Shown one piece after another: positions 52,278 to 64,000 of a stretch of 64,000 bases of DNA; position 1 is the stretch's first letter, and every line of letters starts with the position of its first letter. Made by a program: the position numbers and the translations under genes. The notes below the pieces were generated by a model. It was not told where the DNA came from, did no database searches, and saw only the letters and a program-made list of their open reading frames with translations. The stretch spans positions 4,921 to 68,920 of the forward strand of contig CALKXT010000018.1 in NCBI GenBank assembly GCA_938003685.1, read 5' to 3'. The stretch comes from an uncultured Sulfitobacter sp. Its GTDB lineage: Bacteria; Pseudomonadota; Alphaproteobacteria; Rhodobacterales; Rhodobacteraceae.

Positions 52278-52634
52278 TCACATCGGTTTAGACAATTCGA
52301 CCTCACTGCCACCGTCGACACTGGTGTAAAAACAACTACGTCGTCCAGTGTGACAGGCGGGCCCGGTTTGGCGCACCATGATCAGCAGACAATCGCGGTC
52401 ACAATCAAAGCGTAGATCAACCAATTCCTGAACGTGTCCACTGGTTGCACCTTTGATCCAGAATTCTTGGCGTGAGCGGCTCCAATAGGTCACGCGACGG
52501 GTTTCAAGGGTTTGTGCAATGCTCTGTGCGTTCATCCACGCCAGCATCAGCACCTCCTTGGTTTCTTCATCCTGCGCAATTGCAGGGATCAGCCCGGCTT
52601 CGTTAAAGGTCAAACTTGATGGATCAAATGCCAT
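52278..52634 (-). CDS. hisI: phosphoribosyl-AMP cyclohydrolase
   Basis: [32 protein letters not shown]. Confidence 0.96.
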   Translation of the reverse strand: MAFDPSSLTFNEAGLIPAIAQDEETKEVLMLAWMNAQSIAQTLETRRVTYWSRSRQEFWIKGATSGHVQELVDLRFDCDRDCLLIMVRQTGPACHTGRRSCFYTSVDGGSEVELSKPM

Positions 52635-52714
52635 GGTCCGGCACCTCGCTGAAAAGTTTTTTGCATCTTTGGTCTGGGGGCTTATGTAGGCATTGAAAGA
52701 CAAAAGGAACAGCC

Positions 52715-53176
52715 ATGTCGGGCGACACTGATCTGATCAAACTATATTCAGCGCGCATTTTGGCGCTGGCCGCGGATATTCCGCATCTGGGTCGCCTTGA
52801 GGCGCCAGATGCAACCGTTAAACGCCGCTCTCCCTTGTGTGGGTCGACCGTTACTGTGGATGTTGTGGTTCAAGACGGCCATTTGGCGCAATTGGGCCAG
52901 GATGTGAAAGCCTGTGCTTTGGGCCAAGCCGCCGCTGCCGTGACAGGTGCAGCAGCTTTAAACGCAACAATACAACAGATCGAAACAGCGCGGGATCAAT
53001 TGCGCGCGATGTTGAAGGACAAGGGCCCAGTCCCAGATGCGCCATTTGACGGGTTTGAAGTTTTAACCCCTGCTGTTGAATATAAAAACCGGCACGCATC
53101 TATCATGTTGAGTATCGAGGCAATTGCCGAAGCGATGCAGAAATCACAGGTCATTGATAATATTGACAAAATGTAA
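52715..53176 (+). CDS. NifU/IscU N-terminal-like Fe-S scaffold family protein
   Basis: [22 protein letters not shown]. Confidence 0.8.
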   Translation: MSGDTDLIKLYSARILALAADIPHLGRLEAPDATVKRRSPLCGSTVTVDVVVQDGHLAQLGQDVKACALGQAAAAVTGAAALNATIQQIETARDQLRAMLKDKGPVPDAPFDGFEVLTPAVEYKNRHASIMLSIEAIAEAMQKSQVIDNIDKM

Positions 53177-53324
53177 GCCAACTACTCACCCATCTTACAT
53201 CCGTGGCTTGGCTCTGCATCTCGAGATGTAGGACATAGATCGTTTGAAGGTTGGAGGTTTAAGGTTAAACGAAGCACCGTGTCGTTTCTTTTACAGGCCT
53301 AACGCCATGGCTGGCTTACAGCAC

Positions 53325-53362
53325 AAAAAAAACGCCGCACATCCCGGCTTGGGATGGCGGCG
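53325..53362 (-). terminator. intrinsic terminator of the small peptide transcript
   Basis: cgccgc/gcggcg stem with inner atccc/gggat and 8 T on the minus strand. Confidence 0.75.
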
Positions 53363-53500
53363 CAGGAAAAGCGTTCCTCATGTGGGACCCGGAAGTATCT
53401 GGGGGAAAACCCCGAACCGACATAAGACAGGCAGTGTCAGTCGGTTGCATCAATTTGGGACGGATGCATCAGATAAGCGGCATGAGAGCGCAGGCAGAAA

Positions 53501-53629
53501 TCAAACAAAAGCAGGCAGATGTAGTCCGACAAAAAGCATCACAATCAAAGCCGCTGCACCAATGGCATCTTGCAAGATTGTATCTTGCGACCGGGTTGCG
53601 ATGGTCTTGAGTGTCTTGAGCGTTGTCAT
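53501..53629 (-). CDS. 42-aa hydrophobic peptide under a LexA box
   Basis: MTTLKTLKTIATRSQDTILQDAIGAAALIVMLFVGLHLPAFV; GGAGAG RBS. Confidence 0.75.
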   Translation of the reverse strand: MTTLKTLKTIATRSQDTILQDAIGAAALIVMLFVGLHLPAFV

Positions 53630-53684
53630 TCTATCTCTCCGTCTTTGTTGCACCTTTGTTCTCATTTTATTAACCCCATGTAAA

Positions 53685-53699
53685 GAACTAAATGAGAAC
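53685..53699 (-). promoter_or_regulatory. alphaproteobacterial LexA (SOS) box
   Basis: GAAC-TAAATGA-GAAC (GTTC-N7-GTTC on the minus strand). Confidence 0.75.
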
Positions 53700-53726
53700 A
53701 TTTGCGAACAAAGTGGCTTTCCCAGA

Positions 53727-57967
<4,241 letters not shown>

Positions 57968-58034
57968 TTAGATAGGCGGCGAAGCAGGGCAGGTCTAGCG
58001 TGTTTTGGAGGGTCGTCTTTGAAAGAAACCTGTC

Positions 58035-58742
58035 CTAAGCGGTTGCAGCCAAACCCATCGCTGCGGGCTCAGGATCACGCAAGACATATCCTCGGCCCCA
58101 AACAGTTTCGATGTAATTTTCGCCACCTGTTGCGACGCTCAATTTTTTGCGCAACTTACAAATGAATACATCAATGATTTTAAGCTCAGGTTCGTCCATG
58201 CCGCCGTAAAGATGGTTTAGGAACATTTCCTTGGTCAAGGTGGTCCCTTTGCGCAGGGAAAGCAATTCCAACATCTGGTATTCTTTACCGGTCAAATGCA
58301 CCGTTGAATTATCTACGCTGACTGTTTTGGCATCTAGATTAACCGCGATATGTCCGGTCTCAATCACAGACTGAGAGTGACCCTTGGAACGCCGAATAAT
58401 CGCATGAATACGGGCGACCAATTCCTCACGATGGAATGGTTTGGTCAAATAATCATCCGCTCCAAACCCGAATCCCTTAATCTTATTCTCTGTATCATCA
58501 GAACCAGACAAGATCAGAATCGGCGTTTCAATTCGTGCCAGACGCAACTGGCGCAAAACCTCATGTCCATTCATATCCGGCAGATCCAGATCAAGTAGAA
58601 TAAGATCGTAATCATATAGCTTCGCCAGATCGATGCCTTCTTCGCCCAAATCGGTAGCATAAACATTTAGGTTGGCATGGGTGAGCATCAATTCGATGCT
58701 ACGGGATGTGGTAGGATCGTCTTCGACTAGCAGTACGCGCAT
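58035..58742 (-). CDS. ctrA: cell-cycle/GTA master regulator CtrA
   Basis: MRVLLVEDD..., [47 protein letters not shown]. Confidence 0.97.
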   Translation of the reverse strand: MRVLLVEDDPTTSRSIELMLTHANLNVYATDLGEEGIDLAKLYDYDLILLDLDLPDMNGHEVLRQLRLARIETPILILSGSDDTENKIKGFGFGADDYLTKPFHREELVARIHAIIRRSKGHSQSVIETGHIAVNLDAKTVSVDNSTVHLTGKEYQMLELLSLRKGTTLTKEMFLNHLYGGMDEPELKIIDVFICKLRKKLSVATGGENYIETVWGRGYVLRDPEPAAMGLAATA

Positions 58743-58796
58743 TCATTTTTCTCCGGGCAGCTTCATTGCTTTGGAATAGATCGTGAACAAAAAAGG

Positions 58797-58812
58797 TTAA
58801 CCACTCGCTAAC
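58797..58812. promoter_or_regulatory. CtrA-binding site upstream of ctrA
   Basis: TTAA-CCACTCG-CTAAC plus a further TTAAC half site at about 58823. Confidence 0.6.
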
Positions 58813-58838
58813 GGAGATCACATTAACACATCGACAAC

Positions 58839-59117
58839 CTAAAGTTGTCTATATTTTTTCAATGCAGTCGCTTTTAATGCCGCTTCGCCGTGTTCTGTGA
58901 CCGCGCGGACCCACTCCAGAAACTCATCCTCACTAATTTGATACCGATCTAATGCTTCACCTTGGGTAATGAGCCCGTAAACGACACCGCGCACCACCGC
59001 CGCTTTGCGCGATGCAACCCAGCGTCGGGTATTGGCACTGGGTAAATCGCTGCGCGACATCACAGTCCCATCAGCAAGTGTCACAGAGCGTGGTCCATCA
59101 ACTTTTTTCAGATACAT
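58839..59117 (-). CDS. sciP: CtrA inhibitor SciP (DUF1153)
   Basis: DLPSANTRRWVASRKAAVV; located between mnmA and ctrA. Confidence 0.9.
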   Translation of the reverse strand: MYLKKVDGPRSVTLADGTVMSRSDLPSANTRRWVASRKAAVVRGVVYGLITQGEALDRYQISEDEFLEWVRAVTEHGEAALKATALKKYRQL

Positions 59118-59159
59118 GAGCTTTTCCGGCGTTGTTTCGCCCAACCTGCACCCACAGCC

Positions 59160-59174
59160 TTAACGCTAAGTGAA
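59160..59174. promoter_or_regulatory. degenerate CtrA box upstream of sciP
   Basis: TTAA-CGCTAAG-TGAA. Confidence 0.35.
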
Positions 59175-59237
59175 GCGCGCCCTTGTGAGTAGTTCGCATT
59201 TTCCTATATTCCACCATAAACCCACCGGAGACTCCTC

Positions 59238-60380
59238 ATGCCCCTCGATCAAACCCCACCGCTCAATTCATTGGGCTTTGCAAAATCTCCTGCCGATACG
59301 CGGGTGGTCGTTGCGATGTCTGGTGGCGTTGACAGTTCAGTTGTTGCCGCGATGCTGGCTGAGGAAGGCTATGATGTGGTTGGCGTCACCCTGCAACTGT
59401 ATGATCACGGTGCCGCATTGGCCAAAAAAGGTGCATGTTGCGCTGGGATCGATATACATGACGCCCGCAAAGTGGCCGAAGATATGGGGTTCCCTCACTA
59501 CGTACTGGACTATGAAAACGTCTTTAAGGACGCGGTGATTGACGAATTCGCTGACAGCTATCTTGGCGGTGCAACACCAGTCCCCTGCATCCGTTGCAAC
59601 GAACGGGTGAAATTCAAAGACCTACTAGAAACCGCCAAAGACCTTGAGGCCGATTGCATGGCCACAGGCCACTATATCCAACGCAAAATGGGCAGTGACG
59701 GCCCAGAATTACACGCAGCCGCTGACGGTAGCCGTGATCAAAGCTATTTCTTGTTCTCCACCACCGCAGAACAACTTGATTACCTGCGCTTTCCACTGGG
59801 TCACCTACCGTCCAAAGACGACACGCGCGCATTGGCCGAAAAATACGGACTCAGCGTGGCGATGAAGCCGGATAGCCAAGATATTTGCTTTGTCCCCAAC
59901 GGTGATTACGCCTCTGTGATCCGAAAACTACGCCCCGAAGCTGCTGATCCCGGTAACATCGTGGACGTTGAAGGCAAGGTATTGGCCAAACATGACGGCG
60001 TGATCAACTATACCATAGGCCAACGCCGTGGCCTTGGCATAGGCGGCCTTGCCGACCCGCTATACGTGGTAAAACTCGACGCTGATCGTAAAGAAGTTGT
60101 GGTCGGCCCCAAAGAAATGCTCGCCACGCGGACCGTTCCGATCCGAGAAATCAATTGGCTGGGGGATGCCCCCCTCACGTCGCAGAAAGAATGGCCGATT
60201 ATGGTGCGCGTCCGTTCAACCCGCGCGCCACGCGATGCCATTTTACGTCCGATCACCGCCACCACGGCCGAGGTTGAACTGCTGACCCCTGAACAAGGTG
60301 TCTCTCCCGGTCAGGCCTGCGTTTTCTATGATCCCAGCAGCACGCGCATTTTTGGTGGTGGCTGGATCCACAAAGGTTAA
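59238..60380 (+). CDS. mnmA: tRNA 2-thiouridylase MnmA
   Basis: [43 protein letters not shown]. Confidence 0.97.
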   Translation: MPLDQTPPLNSLGFAKSPADTRVVVAMSGGVDSSVVAAMLAEEGYDVVGVTLQLYDHGAALAKKGACCAGIDIHDARKVAEDMGFPHYVLDYENVFKDAVIDEFADSYLGGATPVPCIRCNERVKFKDLLETAKDLEADCMATGHYIQRKMGSDGPELHAAADGSRDQSYFLFSTTAEQLDYLRFPLGHLPSKDDTRALAEKYGLSVAMKPDSQDICFVPNGDYASVIRKLRPEAADPGNIVDVEGKVLAKHDGVINYTIGQRRGLGIGGLADPLYVVKLDADRKEVVVGPKEMLATRTVPIREINWLGDAPLTSQKEWPIMVRVRSTRAPRDAILRPITATTAEVELLTPEQGVSPGQACVFYDPSSTRIFGGGWIHKG

Positions 60381-60384
60381 GACA

Positions 60385-60433
60385 TTCTCTTTTTGGCCTT
60401 AAATATTCCCGGGGTCTGGGGCAGAGCCCCAGA
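60385..60433. repeat. short palindromic intergenic (REP-like) element
   Basis: ctctttttggccttaaatattcccgggg followed by TCTGGGGC-aga-GCCCCAGA hairpin. Confidence 0.45.
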
Positions 60434-60445
60434 TGCGCTGACCGA

Positions 60446-61597
60446 TCACAACCGCGCCATAACCGCGCGCGCAGCGCGCATGCCAGGGGCCTCACCGCCC
60501 TGCCCCAACCGCTTCATGCTCAGCGTCATTGCAGACTTTTGCGCATCTGGATGAGCCAGTACATTGGCCAACCCTTCCGCAATCTGATCCGCCGTACAAT
60601 CCGGGCCTAGAAATTCTGGCACCACGCGGGTCTCAGATACCAGATTGACCAGTGTGACCGTGTCAACCAACGCCATGGCCTTGATGATCCGAAAGCTAAG
60701 CCAATGCATCCGGTAGGCAATGACCATCGGCGTGGCAGAGGCGGCAAGTTCCAGCGATACAGTGCCAGAGGCCGCAAGCGCCACATCTGCGGCGCGAAAT
60801 GCCGCCCGCTTGTGAGCCACAAACACTTCTGGCAAATAATCGTTTGGGTCCAGAATGGTTGGAGCAAACGGCCAGTCTTTTGTAATTTCCCTCACATCAT
60901 GCGCCACTGCGACAGCAGCAGGGATCACAACCTTCAGGCTTGGGTTCTTATATTTCAGCTTGGTAACAGCCTCTCCAAAAACGTGCCCCAAACGAGCGAC
61001 TTCGCTTCGCCGCGATCCCGGCAAGACCATTAATAGCGGCGCATCACCAATCCCAAATTGTTTTCGAAATGCGAGCGCGTCAGCATCATCCGCCACAGAT
61101 TCCGCAACCACCGGATGGCCGACAAAGTCGCAGTCCATGCCAGCGGCCTGCATCAACGGGGGTTCAAACGGGAACAGCGCCAGCACATGATCAATATAAC
61201 GGGCCATCTTTTTAGCGCGACCCGGGCGCCATGCCCACACCGTTGGGGCCACGTAATGTATTGTTCTAATGTTGCTTTTCGCCTTAACTAGTTTGGCCAC
61301 ACGCAGCGAAAAATCAGGGCTGTCGATGGTGATCATCATATCTGGCTGCATGGCAATCACGGCATCTGCCGTTTGCTTGATCCGTGCTTTGAGCGCGCGA
61401 TATTTTGGCAGTATTTCTGCCAGCCCCATCACCGACAATTCGGACATATCAAAGCGACTGGTCAGGCCTTGTGCAGCCATATCTGGGCCACCAATACCTT
61501 CAAACGCCACATCTGACTGTAGCGATTTCAACCCAGCCATCAAGGCACCACCCAACCGATCACCCGAGGGTTCTCCGGCAAGGATGAATACTTTCAC
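60446..61597 (-). CDS. lpxB: lipid-A-disaccharide synthase
   Basis: AGEPSGD, IDSPDF, YVAPTVWAWR, LPGSRRSE, ASGTVSLE. Confidence 0.96.
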   Translation of the reverse strand: MKVFILAGEPSGDRLGGALMAGLKSLQSDVAFEGIGGPDMAAQGLTSRFDMSELSVMGLAEILPKYRALKARIKQTADAVIAMQPDMMITIDSPDFSLRVAKLVKAKSNIRTIHYVAPTVWAWRPGRAKKMARYIDHVLALFPFEPPLMQAAGMDCDFVGHPVVAESVADDADALAFRKQFGIGDAPLLMVLPGSRRSEVARLGHVFGEAVTKLKYKNPSLKVVIPAAVAVAHDVREITKDWPFAPTILDPNDYLPEVFVAHKRAAFRAADVALAASGTVSLELAASATPMVIAYRMHWLSFRIIKAMALVDTVTLVNLVSETRVVPEFLGPDCTADQIAEGLANVLAHPDAQKSAMTLSMKRLGQGGEAPGMRAARAVMARL

Positions 61598-62394
61598 CCC
61601 TCGCCCCCGCGACGCGACCACAAAACCATGCCAAATTCGTCTGCCAATGCAGCACAGCGATCGGCATCCAGCACAATCACGTCACCTGCATCCACCACGA
61701 CACCAACCAACCCGGCCTTATGTGCCTGCTCAATAGTTGCTGGACCTATGGTCGGCAGGTCGATTTCTCTGATCTGGCCGTCTTTGGGCCCTTTGCATAG
61801 GATCGACGCAACTTTGCGCGCTTGTACAGGTAGCGTTTCCAGCAAATGTTCAGTGCCGCCAATGGTTTCAATACCCAGAACTTGCTCTGCGCCAATCACA
61901 CAGGCCTGCCCGATATCAAGCGGGGCTAAGCCCGCCAAAACCGCTTCGCCGCGCGCCGCATCCCGGCGCATCTGTGCATCTGGCCATTTGTCTGACATCA
62001 CCCCGGGCGGTGCCACCAGATCAGGCACCAATTGGTCCGCGCCTATGACGCTAAATCCAGTCTGTTCAAAGATATCTTTAACCACCTGCAACGCGCCGTT
62101 GTCACCCGCGCTCAGCGCTTTTTGTAACATCGGGACCAAGGCAGCAGTTTCTGCATCCAGTGCTGCTGGATCAAAGGTCGGGCGGTCAATACCACCACAA
62201 AAACACACCTGAGTGATGCCCCGTGTACCAAGATCAAGCAGCAACCCACCCAGGGTTTCCAAACGAAACGTCACATCCGCCGTCAGGTTATCTGGTGATG
62301 CATCGCCAAATACACATATCAAAGGCCGCTCTGACTGAGCAGCAACCACTTGCGCTGGCAATGCGCCGTTCCCTGCGATCAGCGCGAGTGTCAT
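61594..62394 (-). CDS. lpxI: UDP-2,3-diacylglucosamine diphosphatase
   Basis: IAGNGALP, DIGQACV, DLPTIGP; located between lpxA and lpxB. Confidence 0.9.
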   Translation of the reverse strand: MTLALIAGNGALPAQVVAAQSERPLICVFGDASPDNLTADVTFRLETLGGLLLDLGTRGITQVCFCGGIDRPTFDPAALDAETAALVPMLQKALSAGDNGALQVVKDIFEQTGFSVIGADQLVPDLVAPPGVMSDKWPDAQMRRDAARGEAVLAGLAPLDIGQACVIGAEQVLGIETIGGTEHLLETLPVQARKVASILCKGPKDGQIREIDLPTIGPATIEQAHKAGLVGVVVDAGDVIVLDADRCAALADEFGMVLWSRRGGEG

Positions 62395-63173
62395 TTTGGC
62401 GTCAGAAAATGACGGCCTGTGTCAGCCATGATAAAATCAACGATTTCATGCACATAATCGCTGCTGGTTTCTTCACCTAGGCGCTGTGCGCGGTCGTGAA
62501 ACGTGCCCTCGCCCTGTGCCAACATTTGAAATGCTGCACGCAATGCTGTGATGTCAGAACGCGCGACACCGCGCCGTTTTAGGCCAACAAGGTTCAGCCC
62601 ATCCAAATCACCACGTGGTGCCTGAACCAACCCGTAGGGAATCACATCATTGGTCACCATGGTCACCGCGCCAATGATCGCGCCGTGGCCCACACGCACC
62701 CACTGATGGATTCCCGAGAGACCACCGATGATCACATCATCCTCAATCACACAATGTCCCGCTACGGCGGCAGAATTGACCACGATTACGCGATTTCCGA
62801 CAATCGCATCATGAGCAATATGACAGCCCGCCATGAACAACCCGTCATCACCGATTGATGTCAGACCACCACCACCTTCGGTACCGCAATTCATCGTCAC
62901 ATGTTCACGGATACGGTTGCGCTGGCCAATCACCAAACGGCTGGCCTCGCCCTTGAACTTAAGATCCTGTGGGATTTCACCGATAACGGCGAAGGGAAAG
63001 ATCACCGTTTCCATGCCAATTTCGGTTTGGCCTGTGACAACCACATGGCTTTTTAAGACCACATCAGCGTGGATCACCACCTGCGGCCCGATCAGACAAA
63101 ACGGCCCAACCTTCGCTGAGGGATCTACCTGCGCGCCGTCTTCAATCACCGCAGAGGGGTGAATGTTGCTCAT
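62391..63173 (-). CDS. lpxA: UDP-N-acetylglucosamine O-acyltransferase
   Basis: Hexapeptide repeats, [22 protein letters not shown]. Confidence 0.97.
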   Translation of the reverse strand: MSNIHPSAVIEDGAQVDPSAKVGPFCLIGPQVVIHADVVLKSHVVVTGQTEIGMETVIFPFAVIGEIPQDLKFKGEASRLVIGQRNRIREHVTMNCGTEGGGGLTSIGDDGLFMAGCHIAHDAIVGNRVIVVNSAAVAGHCVIEDDVIIGGLSGIHQWVRVGHGAIIGAVTMVTNDVIPYGLVQAPRGDLDGLNLVGLKRRGVARSDITALRAAFQMLAQGEGTFHDRAQRLGEETSSDYVHEIVDFIMADTGRHFLTPK

Positions 63174-63640
63174 GCGGGGGCTTTCGGAATGTCGAGCATC
63201 GCCATGAATTCGGCCTCTGCCGCCATTTCACCATCGACAGTTGCAACGCCTGAAAATCGCCAAACTTTACCACCTGCTTTGCCGCGTACGGTCTTCAAAT
63301 CCATACGCAAAACATCACCCGGTATGACCTTGCGACGGAACTTGCAGTTATCAATCGACATGAAATAGATCAGCATGTCCCGGTCCATTTGGTCCAATGC
63401 AACGCCAATCATCACACCCGCAGTCTGTGCCATTGCCTCAACAATTGTGACACCCGGCATAATCGGTGCGCCTGGAAAATGACCCTGAAAATGCGGTTCA
63501 TTCATCGTGACGTTCTTGTAGCCAACAGCAGATTCAGTACCGTTAATCTTTTCGACCTTGTCGACCAAGAGAAAAGGATAGCGGTGCGGCAGAATCCGCT
63601 GGATCATCTGGATGTCGGCGCTCTTTGTCTCTTGGGTCAT
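63170..63640 (-). CDS. fabZ: 3-hydroxyacyl-ACP dehydratase
   Basis: [28 protein letters not shown]. Confidence 0.97.
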   Translation of the reverse strand: MTQETKSADIQMIQRILPHRYPFLLVDKVEKINGTESAVGYKNVTMNEPHFQGHFPGAPIMPGVTIVEAMAQTAGVMIGVALDQMDRDMLIYFMSIDNCKFRRKVIPGDVLRMDLKTVRGKAGGKVWRFSGVATVDGEMAAEAEFMAMLDIPKAPA

Positions 63641-63715
63641 GGGATGTCCGTTATGTGCATGGAATTGCAATTGAATACCAAGTCCATTGGATGGGATCAA
63701 GCGCCGGGACGTGTA

Positions 63716-64000
63716 TCAGGGCTGCTTGGTGTCGGTCCCACTGCCAATTGTTTCATTCAGCAATGCAATCGCATCATCCGTGATCTCAACAGCAGAGGCA
63801 CTTACAAACACGGTACGGCGGTCCAAAATAACGGCGGCACCTGCCTCACGCATCAGTTGTTCCAGCACCGGCGCTGCTGCTGTTAGGAATACGTCGCGTT
63901 CTTTATCAAGCAATTCGTTCAGGGCACGCCCCTTGGCAGATTGTGCCTGACGGGTTTCTTGAACTTTTTTGTCAAAAGCATCTGCCAAAACCCGAAAGTC
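63716..64000 (-). CDS. OmpH/Skp family chaperone, C-terminal part (truncated by window)
   Basis: Coiled-coil then AVILDRR...EITDDAI; position upstream of fabZ. Confidence 0.75.
   Translation of the reverse strand, partial: DFRVLADAFDKKVQETRQAQSAKGRALNELLDKERDVFLTAAAPVLEQLMREAGAAVILDRRTVFVSASAVEITDDAIALLNETIGSGTDTKQP

Overview
Chromosomal core-genome segment of an alphaproteobacterium, almost certainly Roseobacter-group Rhodobacterales. The inference rests on gene order (dusB-ntrBC-ntrYX-trkAH-hfq-hflX; hpt/lipA/guaA; mnmA-sciP-ctrA-ligA-recG; skp-fabZ-lpxA-lpxI-lpxB) and on an NtrC that lacks GAFTGA. About 70 CDS are present. I saw no rRNA, tRNA, IS element, prophage or CRISPR array. The interesting signal is mostly in the intergenic DNA and small ORFs. 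(1) A 42-aa hydrophobic peptide gene downstream of recG sits under a perfect alphaproteobacterial LexA box and has a long structured 3' UTR, a candidate SOS checkpoint/toxin module. (2) A gafA-like GTA activator and its divergent partner lie between lipA and guaA, with tandem DnaA boxes and a degenerate CtrA box upstream of gafA. (3) An uncharacterised P-loop protein precedes metA, separated by a multi-hairpin leader. (4) A ~105-nt three-way-junction RNA candidate with phased upstream repeats lies before trmFO. (5) A MocR/DUF1127 divergon carries palindromic operators and a 3' sRNA candidate. (6) Several orphan or unannotated small and exported proteins occur. All family assignments come from motif recognition by eye; no searches were run.
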